A stretch of 64,000 bases of DNA, from the IMG/VR virus record IMGVR_UViG_3300034082_002867, positions 8,042-72,041 of that record; one strand, 5' to 3'. The notes beneath the pieces were generated by a model. It saw only the letters and a list, made by a program, of their open reading frames with translations, was not told the origin of the DNA and ran no database searches. Each line of letters starts with the position of its first letter. Within the stretch, counting starts at the first letter, position 1. Positions 18,129 to 26,129 of the stretch are shown piece after piece. Source of the stretch: a virus (taxonomy: Duplodnaviria; Caudoviricetes). The position numbers were made by a program, and so were the translations under genes.

Positions 18129-19897
18129 ATTGTTTTAGGTGTTGATTCTGTTTTTTTAACCCTAGAAGTTGGAAACGCTTTGTTTCCAAAGTCAGATGCG
18201 TATAAGCTATATAATCTCATAATAACTCCATGTTTAACAGTAACGTCGCCAAGATCTTCGACTAATACATAATTTGGCCTATCGTATTTAGCTACAACAT
18301 CAGAACTAACTAATAAATGATTAGTTTCTCCTGAATCCATTACTCTTTGTGCATAATTAATTCCATCACCACTAATGTTTAAATTGCCATTGATATCTTC
18401 AAGCGGGCAAACATCGCCACAATGAATACCCATTCTCATTTCTAAATCTGGTCTATTTTTTACAGCTTTTGCTACGGTAATGCCACAATTGATAGCGTCT
18501 TCAAGATAAGTAAAAAATCCGAGAATCATTCCATCTCCTGTCGGTAGAACGATTAATTTTTCAAGTGCGTTTGCGGTTTTAAATTGTATAGTTGATTTAA
18601 CTATTTCGCCCAAATCTTTAAAGCATTTTCTCTGCTCATCAGTGGTTTTTTTACTATATCCAACTATGTCCATGAAAAAAATATAGCCATCTTGTATTTT
18701 GTCCAATTCAAGACGACTAGATTTAACTTCAGCATCAATAGCTGCTACTTGATTTATTATTTTTTTAAGTGGTTTCGGAGCTTCGACTTTTTTAACTTCT
18801 TCGATTTTCTTTTCTTCGACGACTTTGTTTTTGCTTTTTAAAAATTCTTTCCAGTTGATTGTTTTTTTATCTTTTTTCTTTGGATCTTTTGCGACTTCTT
18901 CTTCGTGTATTTTTTTTAATTTATCTTCTTCTTCATTTCTTTTATCAATATAAGCTTGCATTTGTTTTTTAAATTCTTCGCTGATGTGAATTGTAACGTC
19001 TTTACCGTTGCCTCCATTGTCGATTTTTTTCTTTCTTGCCGCTCCTTTTAATTGAAGCAGTGTTTGCATTTTAATATTGCCGGTTTTAAAAGCCAAATCT
19101 AATGGAGCTATTTCGCCTTTAAAATCCGCTCCATTAACATTAGCTCCTAAACATATCAAAAACTCGACCATTTCTATATCGTTAGCGTTAACGGCATAAT
19201 GAATAGGCATCCATCCATTTTTTTCATCCCTACCGTTTATGCGACCATCAACATCAAAATACTTTTGAACACCTTCAAAATCTCCTGTTTCAGCACAAAA
19301 ATGAAGGCTTGAACCACCAGAAGATTTTGCGCCAGCTTTAGTTAATATTCTTACTATTTCGCCTCTATTACCTAAAGCTAATACGTCTATTGGATTATTC
19401 TTTCCTAAGAAGTCTTTAGCGTTAACATCTGCACCTTTGATTAATAAATATTCTACAAGATGTTTTTGTCCGTAGTGAGCCGCGTAATGCAGAGCGGTCC
19501 AGCCTTTTGCGGCATCAACTTCATTTAAAGTATGTCCTTTGTTCAACATCTCTTCGATAGAGACTATATCTCCATTTTTAGCGGCTAAATGAAAACTGCT
19601 ACCACTGCCGTATTTTGCGCCACGTTTTTGAAGAGTATCAACAATTGATAAAAACCCTTTTTGTTCTGCAATATCAAGTGCTGTATTTTTACTTGTCCAG
19701 TCTTTACAATTAACATCAGCACCATGATTCAATAATAATTCAACAATTTCTTTATTGTTTTCTGACACGGCTACGATAAGAGGAGGGTTGCCGGTATCCT
19801 CATCTCTTTCGTTTATATTAACTTTATCTTTAACTATGCAATTGTAGACATTATCATATAAATTGCGGCGGATATGAGTGAAAATATTAATTGCCAT
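18125..19897 (-). CDS. ankyrin-repeat protein fused to a class III nucleotidyl cyclase
   Basis: About 8 ankyrin repeats (e.g. GWTALHYAAHYG..GADVNAKD), K/E-rich linker, cyclase motifs FFMDIVGYS, PTGDG, RMGIHCGDV, GINYAQRV. Confidence 0.9.
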   Translation of the reverse strand: MAINIFTHIRRNLYDNVYNCIVKDKVNINERDEDTGNPPLIVAVSENNKEIVELLLNHGADVNCKDWTSKNTALDIAEQKGFLSIVDTLQKRGAKYGSGSSFHLAAKNGDIVSIEEMLNKGHTLNEVDAAKGWTALHYAAHYGQKHLVEYLLIKGADVNAKDFLGKNNPIDVLALGNRGEIVRILTKAGAKSSGGSSLHFCAETGDFEGVQKYFDVDGRINGRDEKNGWMPIHYAVNANDIEMVEFLICLGANVNGADFKGEIAPLDLAFKTGNIKMQTLLQLKGAARKKKIDNGGNGKDVTIHISEEFKKQMQAYIDKRNEEEDKLKKIHEEEVAKDPKKKDKKTINWKEFLKSKNKVVEEKKIEEVKKVEAPKPLKKIINQVAAIDAEVKSSRLELDKIQDGYIFFMDIVGYSKKTTDEQRKCFKDLGEIVKSTIQFKTANALEKLIVLPTGDGMILGFFTYLEDAINCGITVAKAVKNRPDLEMRMGIHCGDVCPLEDINGNLNISGDGINYAQRVMDSGETNHLLVSSDVVAKYDRPNYVLVEDLGDVTVKHGVIMRLYSLYASDFGNKAFPTSRVKKTESTPKTI

Positions 19898-19898
19898 T

Positions 19899-20279
19899 TT
19901 AGTCTTGCTTTTTAAATCTACTTAGATCTAAGTTAGCAAGAGGCTTTTCAATATTTAATGATGCTAGTCTTTCGTTTTGGACGACTAGTTTGCTGCCGCC
20001 CAAAACCTTTCCGTCAACAACATCGTATATGAAGAATACGGTCTTTGTTAAACCCACTCTAACTATTCTTCCAGGTTTACCATCTACATAAACGACATCA
20101 TCTTCTTTATAATCATTTCCAACAAACATGAATAAAGCTGCGGCAAGTTTTTCGATACTAGACTTAAACATTAATGCTACAAGTCCAATAATAAATAACC
20201 AAACATATTTGCCGGTCAAATCTTGACCAGTTGATTCTAATACTTGTTGTGATATAACGTGTGCGTCGTTTGTGTTCAT
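19899..20279 (-). CDS. truncated MscS-like protein (TM helix plus beta domain)
   Basis: Hydrophobic N-terminal half, then YKEDDVVYVDGKPGRIVRVGLTKTVF. Confidence 0.6.
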   Translation of the reverse strand: MNTNDAHVISQQVLESTGQDLTGKYVWLFIIGLVALMFKSSIEKLAAALFMFVGNDYKEDDVVYVDGKPGRIVRVGLTKTVFFIYDVVDGKVLGGSKLVVQNERLASLNIEKPLANLDLSRFKKQD

Positions 20280-20365
20280 ATAATCAGTTGTGTCATAACT
20301 GATTACACTAAAATAAATAAAATAGATTTTTTAAAGTTCTCCGGTATTTTTTAGTATATTGCCGG

Positions 20366-21325
20366 TTATTTGATCCACTTTTGTTCTCTTAATATATTAT
20401 CTATTAAATCTTTTTCATCGCTATCCATTTCTTTCTCGAAACGTTTTAGTAATTCATTTAATGGATATACTCTATCAGGAGATTCTTTCTGTTTTACTTT
20501 CAATTCTTGAATAACATCTACAATTTTAACAAGAGGAGATTTAAATTCATCAACCTTATCTTTTGTTGCGAAATCACACATTTCAAAAGCTTTGGGAGTA
20601 AGAGCTTTAAGAATAGATATGATTGCAGATCCCAACATATTAAATATTGAGAATGCAGCGGCGGCAGCAGGATGAACCGTAGCCAATAAACGAAGAAGAA
20701 CGAATACCACAACAAATACTAATATTGCAGTTAACGCGCTAACAATAAATTTCTTTAATCCCCAAAATACTGCATTAAGACCAAACATTCCGCTCATTGA
20801 ATCTAATACAGCTTTATTTTGATCAGCTTCTTTGGCTACTTCTTTAGCTTTATCGGTTAGTTGCCAGAGTTGATCGTCGTATTTTTGATTTAATTCTGAT
20901 TTTTCTTTTTGAAGTTTATTTATTAGCTCGTCTCTTTGAGTTAATAACTCTTCGCCTTTTTTACGTTCTTCAACTAAAGCGGAGTTTAAAAGATCTACTG
21001 TAGCTTTAATTCTTTTTGTTTCGTCTATGTGAGGCGAACCGACAATGGAAATAACTCTTTCGTTCAATTTTAATGCCGTGTCTACTTGCACAGGAGCATT
21101 AGTAACTTGATTTAAAGAATGTTGAATGCCGATTGAAAGCCCAGAGGTTTGTATTTTCTTACCTTTGTCGTTCTTTTCGATTTCTACTAAAGTGTTATCT
21201 ACTTTTTTTTCTTCTTTCGCGATAATCTTTTGATTGTCATCGATTTGTTTAGAAGGTTTAACAGTAGAAAAACATCCAGTTAATAAAAAAACCAATATAA
21301 TAAATATTGGTAGCTTGAAAGTCAT
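20366..21325 (-). CDS. lipoprotein with coiled coil and C-terminal TM segments (spanin-like topology)
   Basis: Lipobox LTGC at Cys18, long coiled coil, hydrophobic block FIVSALTAILVFVVVFVLL. Confidence 0.6.
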   Translation of the reverse strand: MTFKLPIFIILVFLLTGCFSTVKPSKQIDDNQKIIAKEEKKVDNTLVEIEKNDKGKKIQTSGLSIGIQHSLNQVTNAPVQVDTALKLNERVISIVGSPHIDETKRIKATVDLLNSALVEERKKGEELLTQRDELINKLQKEKSELNQKYDDQLWQLTDKAKEVAKEADQNKAVLDSMSGMFGLNAVFWGLKKFIVSALTAILVFVVVFVLLRLLATVHPAAAAAFSIFNMLGSAIISILKALTPKAFEMCDFATKDKVDEFKSPLVKIVDVIQELKVKQKESPDRVYPLNELLKRFEKEMDSDEKDLIDNILREQKWIK

Positions 21326-21367
21326 ATCTATGATTACACAGATAATGATAAAAAGAAAATATAAAAA

Positions 21368-22678
21368 TTATCTGCTTACTTCTTCCCAATCTATAGCCGC
21401 AAAAATAGTTTCATTACCAGTCGCAGCGGTAACAACAAGTGTTAATTCATTTGGAGTTGAAGTTAGACCGTTTCTTTCTAGTTGAAACTTAAAAACGGCT
21501 TCTCTGACAATGTCAATTGATGGAGAACCTCGATTTGATGAATTTAAAAATCCACTTGCAAGTATTCTTCCTCCGCTAAAAGAGGTTCCAGTGATATTAT
21601 ATTCAACTGCGCTATCGCTTCCAGCACTGACCCAAGTTCCTGCTGATGTTGTTCCGGCTACTATTATTCGCCAATTGTAATTAATACCATTAGCAGTTCC
21701 CATCATAGAAAATGCAGTTGGAATCACAATTGCATCTAAAAAAGCACTTTTTAATCTTATACTAATTATTGGATAATAAGTTCCAGCGGTAGTCAAAGCT
21801 CTTGGAGAGGTGATCGGTATATTTATTGATTGTTGCAATCCATTGAGTTCAAAACCGCCTTCAGAAACAACAGTAGAGCAAATTTGTTTTAATGTGCTAT
21901 TACCAGAAGTTGCGGCAGTGTTTTTAATTTCATAACGAAGCGGCAAAGATGCTGATGTGATATACGTTGAGGTTATTAAATTTGCATGATAAAATATATG
22001 ACATAAAACAAACTGACCATTTATAACAAATCCTGTTCTAACAGAACCTACACCCAACCATTCAATATCCATCCATAAAATTTGAGCTTTAGAAATGTCT
22101 AAAGTTAAACCAGAAGGCCCACTTCCATCTAACTTGTCGTTGCTCCAAGAAGATTGTGCTATTCTAGTATCTACTAAAACGCCGCTTACAGAACTTCTTT
22201 TAACTATATATAAAACAGAATTGGCGAGTTCAATATATATTCCATTATTAGCACCATAATATCCAACTCTTTGACGAAGACCAGTTTTTGCTGATTGCAT
22301 TACAAAGGTATTCATTACTAATAATGATTTTCCCGGTTGATAAGCAAACACTTTTACAGTTTCTCTAACTACTTCGGAATTAATAGTATTATCAACTTCT
22401 AAATCAACTAGACCTTCATTAGCGTCGAATGTTGCTGATGCTGTTCCTGTAGTCGCCGTACTCCAAAGATTGTTATCCTTAAATCTATGAGAGCTATCAA
22501 ATAAAGTAAAAGGATTTGAAACTCTTTGGCGACCAAAAGCATCATTAGATGGGTTCGTGACTGAATTTCCACCGTAAAAATCACTATCCTTAAATGGTCT
22601 ATAATACTCTTTTTGAGTATCATAAATCAAATTAGTATTTACATTTTGAGGAAACTGAGCGGCGAACAATTGAGCCAT
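21368..22678 (-). CDS. probable virion structural protein
   Basis: NDAFGRQRVSNPFTLFD, YQPGKS and WLGVG motifs; beta-rich, Thr/Ser/Gly-rich. Confidence 0.55.
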   Translation of the reverse strand: MAQLFAAQFPQNVNTNLIYDTQKEYYRPFKDSDFYGGNSVTNPSNDAFGRQRVSNPFTLFDSSHRFKDNNLWSTATTGTASATFDANEGLVDLEVDNTINSEVVRETVKVFAYQPGKSLLVMNTFVMQSAKTGLRQRVGYYGANNGIYIELANSVLYIVKRSSVSGVLVDTRIAQSSWSNDKLDGSGPSGLTLDISKAQILWMDIEWLGVGSVRTGFVINGQFVLCHIFYHANLITSTYITSASLPLRYEIKNTAATSGNSTLKQICSTVVSEGGFELNGLQQSINIPITSPRALTTAGTYYPIISIRLKSAFLDAIVIPTAFSMMGTANGINYNWRIIVAGTTSAGTWVSAGSDSAVEYNITGTSFSGGRILASGFLNSSNRGSPSIDIVREAVFKFQLERNGLTSTPNELTLVVTAATGNETIFAAIDWEEVSR

Positions 22679-22692
22679 AAATAGTTTTACAC

Positions 22693-22908
22693 TTACTTTT
22701 TTCTATACACGGAGTTTTCTTTTGTTATCTTAATTTTTAAAAGACGGTTTCCATCGCCAATTTTAACGTATTGATCGTCGTACAGTAATACATAATCATC
22801 TTTTTTAAATAACTCGCCTATTTTAACTAGGTTGTATTTTTTAATATCTTTATCGGATAAGGTAAAAACATTAACTGCTCTATGTATATTTGAAACATTA
22901 TCGTTCAC
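22693..22908 (-). CDS. hypothetical protein (probable GTG start)
   Basis: 3-prime part of track ORF 22693..23022; GTG overlaps the upstream stop. Confidence 0.4.
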   Translation of the reverse strand: MNDNVSNIHRAVNVFTLSDKDIKKYNLVKIGELFKKDDYVLLYDDQYVKIGDGNRLLKIKITKENSVYRKK

Positions 22909-23026
22909 TATTGGAGCCTTTTTTAATTTTCTTTGTATTCTTGCGTCCCCAATTGATTGAATCGTGATTATCTTTATATTGTTTGCTAAAACAATTCCTT
23001 GGTTTATCGCCTTTGCCAGCACTCAT
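22898..23026 (-). CDS. small basic phage protein (42 aa)
   Basis: Hand-translated MSAGKGDKPRNCFSKQYKDNHDSINWGRK...; GKGxxPR..Y..N.D.I.W pattern. Confidence 0.65.
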   Translation of the reverse strand: MSAGKGDKPRNCFSKQYKDNHDSINWGRKNTKKIKKGSNSER

Positions 23027-23058
23027 ATTTTTTATTTATATAATTCTTGCTTATAAAA

Positions 23059-23132
23059 TGGTTGTCCGAACAGGATTTGAACCTATACAAAAAGAGTCAA
23101 AGTCTTTTGTGCTACCGTTACACCATCGGACA
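23059..23132 (-). tRNA. trnQ: tRNA-Gln(TTG)
   Basis: TGTCCGA/TCGGACA acceptor, anticodon loop CTTTGAC, GGTTCAAATCC T arm, encoded CCA. Confidence 0.95.
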
Positions 23133-23140
23133 ATTTAAAT

Positions 23141-23233
23141 TGGCGGTGAGAGAAGGATTTGAACCTTCGGTACTCTTTTGGAGTACGGAATTTTAGTAGA
23201 ATTCTGCCATAAACCAGACTCGGCCACCTCACC
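23141..23233 (-). tRNA. trnS: tRNA-Ser with anticodon ACT (class II, long variable arm)
   Basis: GGTGAGG/TCTCACC acceptor, G73, CCA; anticodon arm GAATT-CTACTAA-AATTC; variable stem GTACTC/GAGTAC; T loop TTCAAAT. Confidence 0.9.
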
Positions 23234-23510
23234 TAAGCTTTTCTACTTCAAAACATCCAAAACCAGCTTGATGTTCAAAAGTTAGTAGTCCACATCTTTT
23301 ACTTTTTTTATTTGCACAGACTCCGTAATCAAAGTCTGCATCTCTATATTTCTGATTGTATAAAGGAATAAAATGCTTACACCCGCCGCTACAATCATTG
23401 TACTCAGCATCAGGATCAGCCCAGCGAGATATTTTTCCTCCATAATCTATATAATCAGTATCAAGAACTTTACAAAGATCCAATAGACCTAAATCTTTGT
23501 TTTTTTTCAC
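23229..23510 (-). CDS. Cys-rich hypothetical protein
   Basis: CSGGCKHF, GVC, GFGC; its stop codon lies inside the tRNA-Ser 5-prime end. Confidence 0.6.
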   Translation of the reverse strand: MKKNKDLGLLDLCKVLDTDYIDYGGKISRWADPDAEYNDCSGGCKHFIPLYNQKYRDADFDYGVCANKKSKRCGLLTFEHQAGFGCFEVEKLR

Positions 23511-23800
23511 TTCTTCTTTCTATTTTTCACAGAACGAGTTGAAGTATTAAGACCAAAATTCAAATCTATCCACGCTGTTTCTATTAACGCTTTGTCTTTA
23601 GTGAGCTTCATCTTTTCGCGCATATACTTCATCGTCCAGTTCTTCCACTTCTCATTCTCTTCTGGGGAATATGTATACTTCTGATACCAATTTGGTACTT
23701 GATTATTGCAAATATCTTCGTATTTTATATCTAAATTCGCAATTTTAAATTGTTTATCTATTATCTTTTTAATATGTTTATCGTTCATACGCCGGTCCAT
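23507..23800 (-). CDS. hypothetical protein
   Basis: ORF track. Confidence 0.55.
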   Translation of the reverse strand: MDRRMNDKHIKKIIDKQFKIANLDIKYEDICNNQVPNWYQKYTYSPEENEKWKNWTMKYMREKMKLTKDKALIETAWIDLNFGLNTSTRSVKNRKKK

Positions 23801-24225
23801 CCAAATCCACCGTCTTCTCTTACGGTATTATCAAGAGTGTTGGTTTCATTAAAGTTTACCGAATAACAAGCTTCAAATATAATTTGAGCAATTCGATCAC
23901 CTTTCTTAACTATAAAATCAATATCCTTGTCTGTATTATAAAGAATAACTCCAATATCTCCACGATAATCGCAATCAATCACGCCAGCCAGAACATCAAT
24001 ACCATTTTTATAAGCCAAGCCAGAACGAGGAGCAATACGTCCGTAGTGGCCGGTAGTAATTGCCATTGAAATATTAGTCTTTACTAATTTGCGAGTTCCG
24101 CAAACGATTGTAGCGTCTTCTGCCGCATATAAATCATATCCAGCCGCAAAATTTGTTCCTTGAGTGGGAATTGTTGCGTTATCAGAAAGCTTCTTAATAT
24201 TTATTTGTAGAACTTCTTTATACAT
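23785..24225 (-). CDS. dut: trimeric dUTPase
   Basis: AAGYDL, RIAPRSGLA, GVIDCDYRG, RIAQ, REDGGFGWTG. Confidence 0.95.
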   Translation of the reverse strand: MYKEVLQINIKKLSDNATIPTQGTNFAAGYDLYAAEDATIVCGTRKLVKTNISMAITTGHYGRIAPRSGLAYKNGIDVLAGVIDCDYRGDIGVILYNTDKDIDFIVKKGDRIAQIIFEACYSVNFNETNTLDNTVREDGGFGWTGV

Positions 24226-24226
24226 A

Positions 24227-24976
24227 TTACTTATCTTTTAACATTGACATTAAAATTCTAGCTTCTTTTGCGGGAATATCATTGTAACAAGTCCAAACTT
24301 TAGCTTCGGCATTCTTATAAACACCAAGCTTCCAAGCGTTTCGAAGGTAATCTTGAAACTCTTCAAAATTACTGAGTCCAGAATTTTTAGCAGTCTTTTC
24401 TAACATACCTTGAGAAGAAGGAAGAGCGACTTCATTATCGTCTTCAAACACTGAAGGGGTTCCCTTCTTGGAAGCATCGATTTCATCGCTACCTACGATA
24501 TGTACGCCTAGAAAGTTTCTTACAGACCTAACGAATGCACGATTAGCTGCAATCGTCTCCAAAAATTTGACAGCAAAATCTGAAGTGTTATTGACTGTAG
24601 CATTTGCGATATCTTCGTAGTAGCTTTCATGTTCTGATTCATAATTTGAAATCCATGTTATACCGCATTTAATGGCGACATAAGACGCTTCACATTTAAC
24701 AACATCGTATTTTACGCTTGTATAACCTCGTAGTTTTGCAAGTTCTTTAATACCAGACAGCTTGATAAGAAGTTGATTGTCAGCAAGACCTTCAATCGAA
24801 GTTGGCATCTGCTGTTTGCGCGATTCAAACCAGCCTCTATTAGGAAATAGATGCTCTGGTTTAACCATTGCTCGCCAGTTGATTGAGCCGTCTTCATTTG
24901 TCTTGTAATCTATTCCTTGAATTAGACCCCATGCATTACGCGATTGGGGTGTTAGATGTGGGTTCTTCTCGCTCAT
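24227..24976 (-). CDS. possible Rad52/Sak-like single-strand annealing protein
   Basis: IKLSGIKELA and ETIAANRAFVR; start placed at MSEKN (track starts at 25048). Confidence 0.4.
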   Translation of the reverse strand: MSEKNPHLTPQSRNAWGLIQGIDYKTNEDGSINWRAMVKPEHLFPNRGWFESRKQQMPTSIEGLADNQLLIKLSGIKELAKLRGYTSVKYDVVKCEASYVAIKCGITWISNYESEHESYYEDIANATVNNTSDFAVKFLETIAANRAFVRSVRNFLGVHIVGSDEIDASKKGTPSVFEDDNEVALPSSQGMLEKTAKNSGLSNFEEFQDYLRNAWKLGVYKNAEAKVWTCYNDIPAKEARILMSMLKDK

Positions 24977-26129
24977 TGTAGATTTTAAAGAATTCGATTT
25001 CTTTTTCGAACTCTCTTGAGAGAATAACACATTCGTCTGAATTGTCAAGGTGTTTGTTCAAGGTATGATTGGCCTTGCAGGAAAATTGTTTCCCTTTGGA
25101 TATTAAAATCTTAGAGCTAATGAATTTAGACTTCTCTGAAATTGTTGGCAGCTTTTCCAAAGCCGAGTCGTTTTCAAAATCTTTATTTATGTCCCAATCT
25201 AAAAATTTAAATTTATATTCATTTAGCTTTTCTTTGTCGTCGCAAAATATTTTTAATTTAAGACCTATCGTTTTGCAGTGTTTTAAGAATTTTTCAGATA
25301 TGTTCTCTGACATCATTATAGTCATAAGAATGATATTGCTTCTATGAGGAGCTATAAGATTTATGTTTATATCTTTGTCTGTGATAATATTTACTTTTCT
25401 ATTAGCCATCCAATAATTAAACACAGAAACGTTTAAATTTTTTATGTAATCTAGTCGTAAATTTATTGATCGCCCTTTCATGAAATCTTCTCCAGATATA
25501 AAATCTGGAACAATCTCTACGATTTTTTGATTAAAACTATTGCCAAGACTTACCAGTTCAAATCTATGAAGATCATTTTCAATATTTAAATTATCTAATA
25601 TGTTTTTGGCGATTACATAAGGGCTAATTAAATTAATTGTTTTTGGCGTTTCTTTCAAGCTTCCGTATGAAGGTAAGTTGCCTTCTCTGTCAGATTCTAA
25701 AATTATTTGAGAATTTTGATTCCAAACTGGTTGTGTGTTTTTTGGATTGAATACAGAATATAAACCAATAGATTTTACATTAAAAACAGAAGCAATATAT
25801 AAACTATAATTTTCATTAGAAATTAACAGTTTAGCTTTTGATATCAAATAGTTTTCTTGTTTTTTGTTTATCGTTATGTAGCATTTACTGCAAGCAAGTT
25901 TAGTATTTTTCTCGGTTGCTAGTTGAAAAACATCTATATTAGCTTCTTTTAAGTAATCTTTAATAAGATCAAGGACATCATTAAAATAATCATATTCACC
26001 AGTATCGTTTTTGCTTCTTGTGTCGATGATTATATAATTATCATTTTTGATTGGCAGAAAATATTTATCAAGATAAGGCTTAGAGATTTTAACTCCGCAA
26101 TCTAAAGCCATTTTTTCAGTTAGATTCAT
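24936..26129 (-). CDS. GT9-like glycosyltransferase domain protein
   Basis: YDYFNDVLDL, AKLLISNENYSLYIASVFNVKSIGLY resemble the GT9 C-terminal lobe. Confidence 0.55.
   Translation of the reverse strand: MNLTEKMALDCGVKISKPYLDKYFLPIKNDNYIIIDTRSKNDTGEYDYFNDVLDLIKDYLKEANIDVFQLATEKNTKLACSKCYITINKKQENYLISKAKLLISNENYSLYIASVFNVKSIGLYSVFNPKNTQPVWNQNSQIILESDREGNLPSYGSLKETPKTINLISPYVIAKNILDNLNIENDLHRFELVSLGNSFNQKIVEIVPDFISGEDFMKGRSINLRLDYIKNLNVSVFNYWMANRKVNIITDKDININLIAPHRSNIILMTIMMSENISEKFLKHCKTIGLKLKIFCDDKEKLNEYKFKFLDWDINKDFENDSALEKLPTISEKSKFISSKILISKGKQFSCKANHTLNKHLDNSDECVILSREFEKEIEFFKIYNEREEPTSNTPIA

Noticed and set aside
18125-20279. Canonical Pycsar defence system
   Set aside because: The partner lacks a recognisable cNMP-binding or TIR domain and the cyclase carries ankyrins. 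Kept only as an analogy.
23111-23125. GTGTAA box inside tRNA-Gln
   Set aside because: It is part of the normal D-arm sequence GGTGTAA and is not followed by a start codon at offset 8.
23141-23233. Amber-suppressor (CTA) reading of the tRNA, implying a recoded genome
   Set aside because: Stem pairing fixes the 7-nt loop as CT-ACT-AA. Long genes are intact in the standard code and tile without gaps.
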